Shown here piece after piece: positions 30,545 to 41,031 of a stretch of 64,000 nt of DNA; positions within the stretch are counted from its first letter, which is position 1; each line of letters opens with the position of its first letter. A program made the position numbers and the translations under genes. Under the pieces are notes generated by a model that made no database searches, was not told the DNA's origin, and was given only the letters and a program-made list of their open reading frames with translations. This stretch comes from Candidatus Latescibacterota bacterium. GTDB lineage: Bacteria; Latescibacterota; CBDEFO01. The DNA is taken from assembly GCA_965237525.1 (NCBI GenBank), contig CBDEFO010000006.1, forward strand, positions 352,001 through 416,000, given 5' to 3'.

Positions 30545-32064
30545 AAGCCTTGTGAAATAGTTATGTCCCAGGCAGCGTCTGAAGCGCCGATTATGGGTCA
30601 AAGAGTAGCATATCGTATCGTTTTGCTGTGGAATAAGCAAAATAGTCTTATCAGAGTTCTGGTCAGCAAGGAACAGGAGCTGTTTGAAGAACAGGATGCA
30701 CTGTCTTTGACAGACAGGGCACACATAGACGCTTTCCCCCTTCTTATGAAAGATACAAGCCTCTTGAGATTCTGTACTGTTGCAACAAGATTCAACTGTT
30801 CATTCAGTGAGGCTGGTCCTCTGTAACGGGCTCGTCCCATACCGTGTTGTTGCCTGGCTTCAGCAAAGATATGTTCACTGCGTTTACGGAGTCTCCGGGA
30901 GAGTTTGTAGTCAGCTGTTAATGAGATAGACCGTGCATGATTTCTGGCTTTCGCCTCTCGCACTTTTCTATCCCGTTCGGCCTGAATATGTGCTGGATTT
31001 GTCTTGTTTTTCCATGTAGGAATCGGTTCAATCTTCTCATCGGCTCGCAGAGGAATATGGGGTATGATTCCCCGGTCAAGTACATCAGCGATAAAATTAC
31101 CAGAACCGTAACCGGTATCGGCACTAAGTGTCTGAATGTCTTTGGGCATGGTGTATGTTTCAAGGTCATCTACCATCTTAAGGGCACTTTCGGGCTCTGC
31201 TGTCCCTGTCGCCTGCGTGCCCTGAGTCTCAAGGATTACTCTGCTTTTTGTGTCGATCAGATCATGGCCCATAAACGAGAGAAAAGCCCCTTTGCCCTTC
31301 GATTTGCTGTATAAGCGCGCGTCGGGGTCTGTAGTCGAACGGTGTGTTTGGTTCGTCCACTTTTCACCATGAAAGTCTTTATCCTGAGGATGCCCGGACC
31401 TACCCTTTGTCTTATCACCTTCAAAACCGATTCCCTTGAGATAATCATCAAGAGAAACAGGGGGTTCTATCGGCTCAATACTTTTCACTGAAGCATCAGC
31501 TTGTATCTGAGTGCCGTCGACACTAAGGTGTTTACCGCTCACAAGACCGACATCTATGCAACACTGGACTACCTGACGCATTATCCGTTCAAACAACCCA
31601 CTGGATGCCCACTTGTGATTGCGAAGCTTGTTGATCGTGCTCCTATCCGGAACCGCATCATCCAAATGTCTGATGACAAAACAACCGATATGCCGCATGC
31701 ATCCCCACTTCCTGACAGAGCCGATTCTCACTCAAATTATACAGATAGCCAATAAGGATCATTCGAACAACTAATTCAGGATCAATACCGGGTCTGCCAT
31801 TGTCAGGGCAATAACAATCTGATACAACGTCTCGTACAAATGAAAAATCAACTGCCTCATCAATCTGACGAAGGATATGATCCTCGGGAACTAAATCCTC
31901 CATCTGAAAATAGTGAAACATCGGATTTGTCTGTTCCTGCTTTTGTGGGGTCATTATTTCCTCCATGTATAATATTATCAATAACATAATATAATACATC
32001 GGAGCTGCTTTATCAATGCTTGTTCTATACTACTTTCTGAATCTAAGGGTTTTTCACAAGGCTT
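30545..32064 (-). mobile_element. IS1182-family element, copy 3 (1520 bp), frameshifted transposase
   Basis: Same IRs; TTAG at 30541-44 and 32065-68; extra C near 31662 splits the transposase ORF. Confidence 0.9.
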
Positions 32065-32244
32065 TTAGTATCGTGCCAAAATAGAATTATAGAGAGCCAA
32101 AACAGTAGACAGCAAAGAGTATATCTAAGTGAGATTGCTTCCCTCCGACCCCCCCCACAGGTTCAATCGGGGGCGCTCGCAATGACGGTTTATGGAGGAG
32201 AGGCAGTACCCCTGTCTACTGTCTGCTGACTACTGTCTACTTAC

Positions 32245-32817
32245 TTAGCGTTCCGCTTCGCCGGCGCACATAAGATAGATCACCTCGGCCAGGTCCCTGT
32301 AAATCTCCTCTGTCCCCTTGCCGTTATACTTGGGGACATACTCCACGTTGAAAAAGGCGCTGCTGCTCTGGCTCTTGAATCCCACCTTCACATCAGCCCT
32401 GCTGGCAGCGCAAAGATACGCCGTGGTGAGACAGAAATCCCTGTGAAAATCGAGGGAGATGTCTACATTCTCCAGTCCCACCTTCTGTCTGAGGTCTCCC
32501 TTGGGAAGGAGGAAGAAGCCGAGATCATCCTCTAAATAGAGGACAGATCTCTCCAGAGATGCATCCTCCGGCAGAAACTCCACTTCGCTTCGCCTCCCCA
32601 GAATTACCATGCTTGCGAGAGATAAGCTGTCGGAAAGGTCCCTGGCGACCCTATATGCCCTCCGAGCTTCTTCTATTCCAAAGGGAAGGCAAATCATGAT
32701 TATCCTTGCCGATCCCACAGCTCTGTTTACGCAAACCTGCTTCCTCTTCCAGGTCCGCAGTTTCAGCTTTGCTATCTTTACCCCTATTCGGACCTTCCAT
32801 TTTGCCGACATGTTCAT
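32245..32817 (-). CDS. Hypothetical protein (resembles the N-lobe of GT9-like proteins)
   Basis: 190-aa ORF overlapping operon context downstream of pheA; DISLDF..SRADVKVGF. Confidence 0.6.
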   Translation of the reverse strand: MNMSAKWKVRIGVKIAKLKLRTWKRKQVCVNRAVGSARIIMICLPFGIEEARRAYRVARDLSDSLSLASMVILGRRSEVEFLPEDASLERSVLYLEDDLGFFLLPKGDLRQKVGLENVDISLDFHRDFCLTTAYLCAASRADVKVGFKSQSSSAFFNVEYVPKYNGKGTEEIYRDLAEVIYLMCAGEAER

Positions 32818-32824
32818 CTGTTAT

Positions 32825-33670
32825 CTATACGGAACCTACCGTCCGCCCCTTTTGATAAGAACCTAAGACCTTTACAAATCCCGCAATCTCCTTTAGGTGA
32901 CTCATAGCGTTTGAGCATCTTCCGTCTTTTACATCTCCGTCAAAATCCAGATAAAACAGGTACTCCCACAGCTTACCTTTCAAGGGGCGCGACTCTATCT
33001 TTAGAAGATTAACATCCCGCAGTGCAAATACACCTAAGCTCTTAAACAGAGCCCCGGGGACACTTTCTATTGAAAAGACGATAGAGGTCTTCGGATCGGG
33101 CCTATCCTGGATCTCCTCTTTCGACACTACAAGGAACCTGGTGAAGTTCTGTTGGTCGCTCTCAATGCCAGTCTTTAGTATCTCCAGGTCGTAATCTGCC
33201 GCTGCCTGAGCGCTCGCTATCGCCGCAGCGTCAGTGGAACGACCCTCTTTGATCATCTTTGCAGCCCCCGCCGTATCGTAGAGCGGCAGAGCCTCTGCGC
33301 CTTTCAAACTGCCAATAAAGTCCTCACACTGCGACAGCGCCTGCGGATGGGAATATACTTTCTTGACATCTTTGAGCCTGACTCCCTTGTTTACAATCAG
33401 ATTATGGCTTATTCTAAGCATTATCTCCCCGGCGATCACCAGACTGTAGTTCATCAACAGGTCGTAGTTTTGATGTATGCTCCCGGTCAGCGAGTTTTCA
33501 ATCGGGATCATCCCGTACTCACAACTTCCCTCCTGTGTGGACTCAAAGACCATCTTGAAGGTCGGACAGGGGAGTAGATCTATGTCCCTTTTGAAGAACT
33601 CTCTTGCTGCAAGCTCGCTGTAAGCCCCTAACTCCCCCTGAAATGCCACTCTGATCCTGTCCTTGTTCAC
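32825..33670 (-). CDS. pheA: Prephenate dehydratase
   Basis: VAFQGELGAYSE, PIENSLTG, SHPQALSQC, NFTRF, IESRP; GTG 33670 with AGGAG RBS. Confidence 0.95.
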   Translation of the reverse strand: MNKDRIRVAFQGELGAYSELAAREFFKRDIDLLPCPTFKMVFESTQEGSCEYGMIPIENSLTGSIHQNYDLLMNYSLVIAGEIMLRISHNLIVNKGVRLKDVKKVYSHPQALSQCEDFIGSLKGAEALPLYDTAGAAKMIKEGRSTDAAAIASAQAAADYDLEILKTGIESDQQNFTRFLVVSKEEIQDRPDPKTSIVFSIESVPGALFKSLGVFALRDVNLLKIESRPLKGKLWEYLFYLDFDGDVKDGRCSNAMSHLKEIAGFVKVLGSYQKGRTVGSV

Positions 33671-33696
33671 TCTGTATCTCCTATCTGACTGACTAC

Positions 33697-33724
33697 GAGA
33701 TTGCTTCGCTTTGCTCGCAATGAC
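33697..33724. repeat. GAGATTGCTTCG...CGCAATGAC palindromic REP-like family (representative copy)
   Basis: Related copies near 4275, 8095, 16022, 16076, 17461, 23030, 32131, 50921, 51008, 53027, 60144, 60419, 61820. Confidence 0.75.
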
Positions 33725-33821
33725 ATTGATTGGTTTCAACCTTGGGTCATTCCGAGGGGATGAAACTCCGAATCCCGATTGAACCTATCGGGGACTCATG
33801 GGATGCGAGGCAGTGCCCTGT

Positions 33822-34877
33822 CTACTGTTTGCTATCTACTGCCTTTTTGAGGTACTCCGATAAGAGCCACCCAACGTTCAGAATTCCCTCTACGGAGCAT
33901 ATTTCATATCCATGCGTATTTTCAGCGGGATAGCATACGCAGGCGGCCGCGGCTGCAGCCCCGTACTTGTTAGCATAGCTGGCGTCACTGCCGAAAGATG
34001 AGACACACGCCCTTTGAACTCTTAGCCCCAAACCCTCCGCCACTTTTGCTAAACTGGCGTTGATCCTCTCGCTATAGACGACATGCCTGTCCTGGTACAA
34101 CAGGATAGGATGAGGGCTATTTGTCGTCCCAAACTCCTCTAGGACAGGCCCAACTTCCACAGCTATTATCTCGTCTACAGGGAGGGTCCTGGCGCTGTAT
34201 ACAGCTCCTATTGCACCTATCTCCTCAGATGAACTTGCCACAAGATACACGTCAACTGGGAAGTCCTCTCCTTTGAGATTCTCCATGATTCCCACTAAAA
34301 TCGTCACAGCTGCCTTACAATCTAAACCGTAGCCGCATATATAATCTCCCATCACAAAGGGACGCTTCCTGTGTTTACCTATGACTACTTTGCTGCCTAC
34401 ATGCACTCCCGCTTTTTCTAACTCCTCTTTTTTCATCTTGGTCTCGATCCACACCATATCCCAGGACAGCCCCTTTTCTCCCATCTTAAGATCGGACATA
34501 TGTTCTGACAGAGTATGCCTGGATCCCGCTGAGAGCACTCCGCTTATGGTACGATTATCCCCAAGCACGTCCACAACGCCTTCGCCGTAGACCCAAGGGT
34601 AGGCCCCCCCGATATTTTTGACGATCAAAGCGCCATCTTCATCTATTCCGCTCACGATCATTCCTATCTCGTCCTTGTGACCCGTCAGGCATATAGCCCC
34701 TTCTGATGATCTTCCCCTTAAGAGAGCCACTATATTGCCCGCCTGATCCTGCCAGACATCGTCGGAAAGGGTTCTGAACTCCTCAATTATGATGCTATCT
34801 ACCTCTTGTTCATTCCCGCTCGGAGAATGAGCCATAACTAACCTATCTATCAGCCGAATCAGACGATCCCTGTTCAT
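33822..34877 (-). CDS. M42 family metallopeptidase
   Basis: SPSGNE, GHKDEIG, LDCK, EEIGAIGA, GSDA, NTHGYE. Confidence 0.9.
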   Translation of the reverse strand: MNRDRLIRLIDRLVMAHSPSGNEQEVDSIIIEEFRTLSDDVWQDQAGNIVALLRGRSSEGAICLTGHKDEIGMIVSGIDEDGALIVKNIGGAYPWVYGEGVVDVLGDNRTISGVLSAGSRHTLSEHMSDLKMGEKGLSWDMVWIETKMKKEELEKAGVHVGSKVVIGKHRKRPFVMGDYICGYGLDCKAAVTILVGIMENLKGEDFPVDVYLVASSSEEIGAIGAVYSARTLPVDEIIAVEVGPVLEEFGTTNSPHPILLYQDRHVVYSERINASLAKVAEGLGLRVQRACVSSFGSDASYANKYGAAAAAACVCYPAENTHGYEICSVEGILNVGWLLSEYLKKAVDSKQ

Positions 34878-35003
34878 GGAGTTTCCTAAAGTTAAGGGGA
34901 TTCACGGGCCTGCCCCGAGCGTTCACCTTATGTCTCACAACTCCCAAATATATTCACTTTCTCCCTTTATGTCAATAATGAAAGCCCGACGTGGACATTT
35001 TCC

Positions 35004-35032
35004 TTGACTTTGATCCCGCCTTTTTGTATTTT
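35004..35032 (+). promoter_or_regulatory. Candidate sigma70 promoter
   Basis: TTGACT-17 bp-TATTTT upstream of the site-2 protease gene. Confidence 0.4.
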
Positions 35033-35129
35033 CTCCATAAGGTTGGATCGAGTATAATAGGCGTCGGTGATGTGTATGTAGCCGGCGGCGCTACTTTTGC
35101 CAAAATTGCTAATTTTGAGGATGTAGCAA

Positions 35130-35735
35130 ATGGAAATGGCGTTCATACTCACAGTACTTTTCTTTTCGGTGGTAGTACACGAATTTGCGCACGGTTACGT
35201 AGCTCTTTTGAGGGGAGATACGACTGCAAGAGATGCAGGGAGGCTAACGCTAAATCCGGTACCGCACATAGATATAGTAGGAACGATAATTCTGCCGCTA
35301 GTGCTGGTCATATCAAATTCGAGTTTCTTCATAGGATGGGCAAAGCCCGTGCCTGTGAACCCGTATAATCTGCGCAACAGAGAAAAGGATATGATGCTGG
35401 TGGCAGCGGCAGGTCCAGCGACTAATATCGCGATGGCGTTGGTCTCAGCTATCCTTATCGGCCAGATCGGATACGGAAATGCCGTTGTGGATCAGATCCT
35501 CTTCCCCGCTTGTTATATCAACGTCATACTTGCAGTCTTTAATCTTATGCCGATCCCGCCTCTGGACGGATCCAAGATACTGATGGGGATATTGCCCAGG
35601 GATATTGCAACGTCCTATGCCCGGCTGGAACGGTACGGGATGTTGATAATCTTTGCGGCTCTAGTTTTAGGACTTATACATAAGGTAGTTGTTCCGATCC
35701 GCGATGCAGTCCTTAGTCTCCTGCTTCCGTCTTAG
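35130..35735 (+). CDS. Site-2 protease (M50) family protein
   Basis: HEFAH, GRLTLNP, AAGP, FNLMPIPPLDG. Confidence 0.95.
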   Translation: MEMAFILTVLFFSVVVHEFAHGYVALLRGDTTARDAGRLTLNPVPHIDIVGTIILPLVLVISNSSFFIGWAKPVPVNPYNLRNREKDMMLVAAAGPATNIAMALVSAILIGQIGYGNAVVDQILFPACYINVILAVFNLMPIPPLDGSKILMGILPRDIATSYARLERYGMLIIFAALVLGLIHKVVVPIRDAVLSLLLPS

Positions 35736-35755
35736 AGGCATCTTTTGATTATATT

Positions 35756-36634
35756 TTGAATGATGGAGAAGACCCTAACCCAGAGGAGGTGATCTGTAGT
35801 ATAGTTAATCGAATTCTTCTCGTTTTTTATATCTGTGCAGTGTGGCTGTCATTCAGTTCTCGGGCGTTTGCCGGCGCGTGGACTCAGCAGAAGAACGGCT
35901 ATTACTTCAAGATTGCAACAAATTACCTGAAATCAACGGATAACCTCGATTCAGATGGAAATGAGGTTCCAAAGCCGGGGATGGGGACACTGAAGGACCT
36001 TAATTTCTCGGCATATCTAGAATACGGGGTTCTGGACCATCTGACCCTTGTTGCTACGATACCCTACAAACGACTATCCGATACCCGCACCTTTACAGGA
36101 GGTATCGGGAAAGAGAGAGTCACCGGTTTCAGCGATCTGGAAGTGAGACTTCGACGGGGATTGATGAACCAGGCGCTTGTCACTTCGATTGCCCTGGGGG
36201 GCAAGTTCCCTGCGGGGTACGAAGTAGATGACGACACCCGTGTACCCCTGGGCACCACCAAAGTGGATGCGGACATCCGTCTCCTCGTAGGACGGTCCTT
36301 TTATCCCGTTCCAGGATACTCGACCGGAGAGTTCGGTTACCGGATCCGGGGCGGCCAGTTCAGCGATGAAATTTTCTACGCCCTGGAGGCGGGTCTTGCA
36401 GTAAATCGCTTTCTGTTAAAAGGGCTGGTAACGGGTGTAAGAACACTTGGTACGTGCGGAGCGGTAGGACAGGCCAATCTGATCGGGGACCAGAACATCC
36501 TGAAACTGTCGCCCGGCGTGACATATCTTTTAAGAGATAACGTCGAGCTAAGTTTGGAAATCGTTCATACTGCATCCGGCTGCAACACAACCGCAGGGAG
36601 CACCATGTCGCTGGGGGTGGCTCTTAAGAGGTAA
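35756..36634 (+). CDS. Exported, probably outer-membrane beta-barrel hypothetical protein; start uncertain
   Basis: Signal peptide ending AFA-GAWTQ; YLEYG; alternating beta-strand pattern. Confidence 0.65.
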   Translation: MNDGEDPNPEEVICSIVNRILLVFYICAVWLSFSSRAFAGAWTQQKNGYYFKIATNYLKSTDNLDSDGNEVPKPGMGTLKDLNFSAYLEYGVLDHLTLVATIPYKRLSDTRTFTGGIGKERVTGFSDLEVRLRRGLMNQALVTSIALGGKFPAGYEVDDDTRVPLGTTKVDADIRLLVGRSFYPVPGYSTGEFGYRIRGGQFSDEIFYALEAGLAVNRFLLKGLVTGVRTLGTCGAVGQANLIGDQNILKLSPGVTYLLRDNVELSLEIVHTASGCNTTAGSTMSLGVALKR

Positions 36635-36939
36635 GATTAAGCGTCCGGTCTTAACAAGTAGCCAGCATTAATTGCCTCGAATCGTCCAAAGCTTTCTCAC
36701 ACGCCTGGAAAACGGTGGCAGAAACACATTCGGGCATAACCTCGCTTATTTAGTGTCTTCAAGGTCTCTCAATATGTCAGGAATGCGAAGAAAATGCAAC
36801 CTTTCGCCATTCCAGGTATCTTATCTTTTGAGGAGATCGTCGCCTAGTGAGAAGATGCGTTTTTGATACGTCTCTACCTCAATCTGCATGTTAATCTGCA
36901 TCAGCCATAGCAGCTGAGATCATATAAAAGGAGTGCAAC

Positions 36940-37932
36940 ATGCCACGAAAAGGCTGGGAGATTCCAGAAAGAGAAGCCACACCGGAAGATGTCTACATAA
37001 ATAGGCGGCGTTTTCTCAAGGCCATGGGGATTACGAGTCTGGGTGCTGCGGGACTGTGGACGGGGTGCAGCAGCGAAAGTAGTTTTGAACCGTTTGTAGA
37101 ATCCCCCGGTAGCTCCAGAGAAGAAGAGGGCTCTTCCGAGGTCGAAGAGAGTCTCTATCCTGCGCCTCATAACGAGGTCTATACGCTGGATCGCCCCCTG
37201 ACCTTAGAAAACGTGGCCGCCACATACAACAACTTCTACGAATTTTCCTTTGGTAAAGCTGTATGGAAGAATGTGGGCAAGTTTACTATCGATCCCTGGA
37301 AGGTCGAAGTGACGGGGAAGGTCAATAACCCGAAGACTTATGATATCGACGATCTCATCCGTAAAATGCCGTTGGAAGAGCGGCTCTATCGCCTCCGTTG
37401 TGTGGAGGCATGGTCTATGGCCCTGCCGTGGACAGGTTTTCCTATGACGGCCCTTATTAAGGAGGTAGAACCCCTATCTTCCGCCAGCTATGTCAAAATG
37501 ACGACCTTCCTCAATCCAAGAGAGGCGGATGGACAGTGGAACCGTCCCGAATATCCCTGGCCTTACCAGGAAGGGCTGACTATGGAAGAGGCTATGAACG
37601 AATTGACACTACTGGCAACGGGCATCTATGGCCACGAACTGCCCAAACAGCACGGCGCACCCATCCGGCTGGTCGTACCCTGGAAGTACGGTTTCAAGAG
37701 CATAAAATCGATCGTACGCATTGAGTTTACTGAGTATATGCCCGCAACTATGTGGAATACTTTAGTCCCTCGGGAGTACGACTTCTGGGCCAATGTCAAT
37801 CCGAATGTGCCACACCCCCGGTGGTCCCAGGCGGAAGAACGTTTTATCGTGAACAACATTTCGGGCAACGATTTAATACCTACGCAGTTGTACAACGGCT
37901 ACGCGGATTATGTGGCTCATCTATATTTATAA
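36940..37932 (+). CDS. msrP: Protein-methionine-sulfoxide reductase catalytic subunit
   Basis: TPEDVYINRRRFLK (Tat), YNNFYEF, RLRCVEAWSM, PWKYGFKSIKSI, HPRWSQA. Confidence 0.95.
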   Translation: MPRKGWEIPEREATPEDVYINRRRFLKAMGITSLGAAGLWTGCSSESSFEPFVESPGSSREEEGSSEVEESLYPAPHNEVYTLDRPLTLENVAATYNNFYEFSFGKAVWKNVGKFTIDPWKVEVTGKVNNPKTYDIDDLIRKMPLEERLYRLRCVEAWSMALPWTGFPMTALIKEVEPLSSASYVKMTTFLNPREADGQWNRPEYPWPYQEGLTMEEAMNELTLLATGIYGHELPKQHGAPIRLVVPWKYGFKSIKSIVRIEFTEYMPATMWNTLVPREYDFWANVNPNVPHPRWSQAEERFIVNNISGNDLIPTQLYNGYADYVAHLYL

Positions 37933-38158
37933 GATGCTACATCGGTCCCGCCATTCCAGGCTTGTCCCCGATTGCTTCTATCGGGGACTTGGAGAGCTAC
38001 GGCGGATTGTGAAGTTTACGGATCCGTATTGGGCATCTTCCTGTGGCTACGGTTCTTAGCACCTAACTCAAGCAGACCAGCTATATTCGAACCCCGACAG
38101 ATTCGTTCGAAGGTCAAGTTCCGTGCCACTGTCTTCCCTATTTTAGCCACAATACCAT

Positions 38159-39664
38159 ATGGAACACCCAGAGAACACATCACTGAGAGTCTGCTTCGCC
38201 TCCGCTGAGGCGGCTCCCTTTGCGAAGGCAGGCGGGCTTGCGGATGTAGCAGGCGCGCTTCCGAAGGCCTTGAAGGTGTCAGGCGCGGCAATAATCATCT
38301 TCATACCTAAGTACGGTTCTATCGACGATGAGGAGTTCGAGCTTTCTAAAGTTGATGAGATCCCTGATACTAAGATAGCTATGGGTTCTAAACACACGTC
38401 TGCTTCCCTTTGGAAGGCACAATTGCCCGGCTCTTGTGTTGAGACGTATTTCATCGGAAACACGGAGTACTTCTCCAGAAAGGGCATTTACAACGATCCC
38501 AAGACTGGGGAGGGTTATAGAGACAACCACGAAAGATATATATTCTTTATGCGCGCCCTTCTGTCCTTTATCGAGGCTCTGGACTGGAAGCCCGATGTTA
38601 TTCACTGCAACGATTACCAGACGGGATTGATCCCGGCGTATCTCAAAACCCTTTACAGCGATAACCCGTTCTACAGGGACGTCTCAACACTCTACACCAT
38701 TCACAATCTCCAATATCAGGGGATCTATCCGAAAAAAGCGCTGTCCCTTACTGGCTTTCCAGAGGACGCGTTCTATCCCCTGAGTCCTTTCGAGTTCTGG
38801 GGAAACGTAAACTTTATGAAGGCGGGCATAGTCTATGCCGATGTCTTGAACACCGTAAGCCAGCGCTACGCAGAGGAGATTCAAACGGCAGAGGAGTTCG
38901 GGTACGGTCTGGAGGGCCTGCTTAAGGACAGGTCTGAGGACCTGCACGGGATAGTGAACGGGATCGACTACTCTATCTGGAATCCGGCGACAGATGAACT
39001 GATACCTTTCAGCTACACGCCGGACGATCTTTCGGGAAAGAGGAAAAACAAAGAGGAACTGTTAAAGCAGAACGGCTTGCCGATCTTAAAGGAAGACGTG
39101 CCACTTATCGGAATAATATCCAGACTGGCGGATCAGAAGGGATTCGATCTTATAGAGAAGGCCGCCGATAAGATGATGTCGCTGGATTTGCAGGTGGTAG
39201 TCCTCGGGACAGGGCAGAAGAAGTACCACGACATGCTGCAAATGCTTGAGAAGGAGTACCCAGAGAAGATCAAAGTAAATCTGGCCTTCGACAATAGATT
39301 AGCTCACCTGATAGAGGCTGGATCCGATATGTTTTTGATGCCTTCCAGATTTGAACCGTGCGGCCTGAACCAGCTCTACAGCCTCAAATACGGGACGATT
39401 CCGATAGTCAGGAGGACGGGAGGACTCGCCGATACGATAGACGATTACGATCAAAAGACAGGAAAGGGCACTCGCTTTGTCTTCAGCGACTATTCTCCCG
39501 ATGCGATGTTGGAGGCAATATGTAGGGCTGTCGGGACTTATCAGAATAAGGATGAGTGGACAAACATAATGCAAAGCACTATGTCGAAAGATTTCTCGTG
39601 GGAATCCTCCGCCAAGAAGTACATCCAACTCTATGGAAAGGCCATATCGAAAAGAAGGGCATAA
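38159..39664 (+). CDS. glgA: Glycogen synthase
   Basis: KAGGLADV, HCNDYQT, NGID, SRLADQKG, PSRFEPCGLNQL. Confidence 0.95.
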   Translation: MEHPENTSLRVCFASAEAAPFAKAGGLADVAGALPKALKVSGAAIIIFIPKYGSIDDEEFELSKVDEIPDTKIAMGSKHTSASLWKAQLPGSCVETYFIGNTEYFSRKGIYNDPKTGEGYRDNHERYIFFMRALLSFIEALDWKPDVIHCNDYQTGLIPAYLKTLYSDNPFYRDVSTLYTIHNLQYQGIYPKKALSLTGFPEDAFYPLSPFEFWGNVNFMKAGIVYADVLNTVSQRYAEEIQTAEEFGYGLEGLLKDRSEDLHGIVNGIDYSIWNPATDELIPFSYTPDDLSGKRKNKEELLKQNGLPILKEDVPLIGIISRLADQKGFDLIEKAADKMMSLDLQVVVLGTGQKKYHDMLQMLEKEYPEKIKVNLAFDNRLAHLIEAGSDMFLMPSRFEPCGLNQLYSLKYGTIPIVRRTGGLADTIDDYDQKTGKGTRFVFSDYSPDAMLEAICRAVGTYQNKDEWTNIMQSTMSKDFSWESSAKKYIQLYGKAISKRRA

Positions 39665-40065
39665 GTTCGATCCGCCTGAAAAGAAAAACTCCTCTTGGGT
39701 AGACCCTGGAACCAGCGCGAAGAACTTGCTTAACTTGTCCGATTTCATGCTCAGACAAATGGGTTCACGTTACACCATAGAGCCACCTCCTTAATTATTA
39801 CACATAAATTATACACAAAGGAATTCACAGTGGCAACAATTTTTTTCACTTTTTGAGGTGACACAGAAGTTGCCGAAGCCCCCCTTACGGACGAAGGTTT
39901 CGAGAGATTGTGGGACGACTGGATAAGCCGGAAGGAGAGGAGTTCATGGGAGTAAGGGGGCTATTCGTCCACATATGACAGCTAGCATCAGGCACTTACG
40001 AGATCAGTTTGAGAGACGTTTTACACACACGCTTCTTTACATATCTCATGAAAGATAAAGTGAGC

Positions 40066-40782
40066 TTAACTATCCTGACTAGACCTATTCTTTGTTAGAT
40101 TAGAATCGTTAAAGTAACTCATGAATATTTCCCTGAGGCGCGGGAGAACTCCTTCATCGCTGGAAATATCTGTCGGAAATATGCGTCGCAGAGCACGATA
40201 GAAAAGACAAAAGTCGAGCGCAGGCATCAGCTTACCTTTAAAAGTCGTTCTGTCAAAACTCATGCTTGCCTGTGCAATCATCTCGTGGACAAGAGGGTTG
40301 CGTATTCCTTTGTACGCCAGAGCCGCTAAGGTTCCTCCCCAGATATTATCCTTTATCTTGGCAAGCTCTTTTGCGTCTACATCTGGCTCTACAAAGTTCA
40401 GAATCTGTTCCTCGGTGTAGAGCTTTCCCTCAGCCCTTGTCAACACACCCGTAAGCTTGCTTCCGATTTGCTGAAGCCATTTTTCCTTGGCGTCTGCAAT
40501 CCATGTTCGTAATTGCTTTGGATGGATGTGCCAGAGCATCTCCTCTCTACCATATTCTCTTAAGATGCGCACAAACTTCCAACGGTTCCCTTTCTTCTGC
40601 TGGTACAATGTGTTTGCTAGACTCTCTATGTAGCAACAGCACAAAAGTAAAGCCTCCTTTTCGTGACCGTCTTCGTATAGCTCATCGAGGAATGCCACTC
40701 TCTCATTAAACTCCTCAAGAGTCGCCTCAATACATAGTAGCTTAAACTTCCTGTTGTCTTCTTTCTCCAACTTTGCTTTCAC
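40066..40782 (-). CDS. Hypothetical protein
   Basis: 238-aa ORF; IRNPLVHE resembles a HEPN-type RxxxxH motif. Confidence 0.6.
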   Translation of the reverse strand: MKAKLEKEDNRKFKLLCIEATLEEFNERVAFLDELYEDGHEKEALLLCCCYIESLANTLYQQKKGNRWKFVRILREYGREEMLWHIHPKQLRTWIADAKEKWLQQIGSKLTGVLTRAEGKLYTEEQILNFVEPDVDAKELAKIKDNIWGGTLAALAYKGIRNPLVHEMIAQASMSFDRTTFKGKLMPALDFCLFYRALRRIFPTDISSDEGVLPRLREIFMSYFNDSNLTKNRSSQDS

Positions 40783-40879
40783 TTATTGAACACTTCCTTT
40801 TGGTGTGTCAGTCTTTTTGGCAGTCCAGCAGTACGCAAAAAACTCATCATTTGTCATTACTCTAAAACCATTGACTTAC

Positions 40880-41003
40880 TCACTCCTCCGGCTTCCATCT
40901 GACAATAGGCTCCTTAACAGCCATGGCGTCATCCAGCCTTCCTATGGGAGCATTGTGCGGAGCAGACCTCACCGATTCGGGATCACCTTACACTTCCTCG
41001 TAT
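40880..41003 (-). pseudogene. Diverged duplicate of the 3' end of gcvPB
   Basis: Aligns by eye to 41891-42015; encodes DPESVRSAPHNAPIGRLDDAMAVKEPIVRWKPEE*. Confidence 0.85.
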
Positions 41004-41031
41004 ATTAAATTGATTGATGTCCATAATGTTA

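Noticed and set aside
33671..33739. N-terminal extension of PheA (VIASKAKQSR)
   Set aside because: It is the translated REP palindrome; GTG 33670 has a good RBS.
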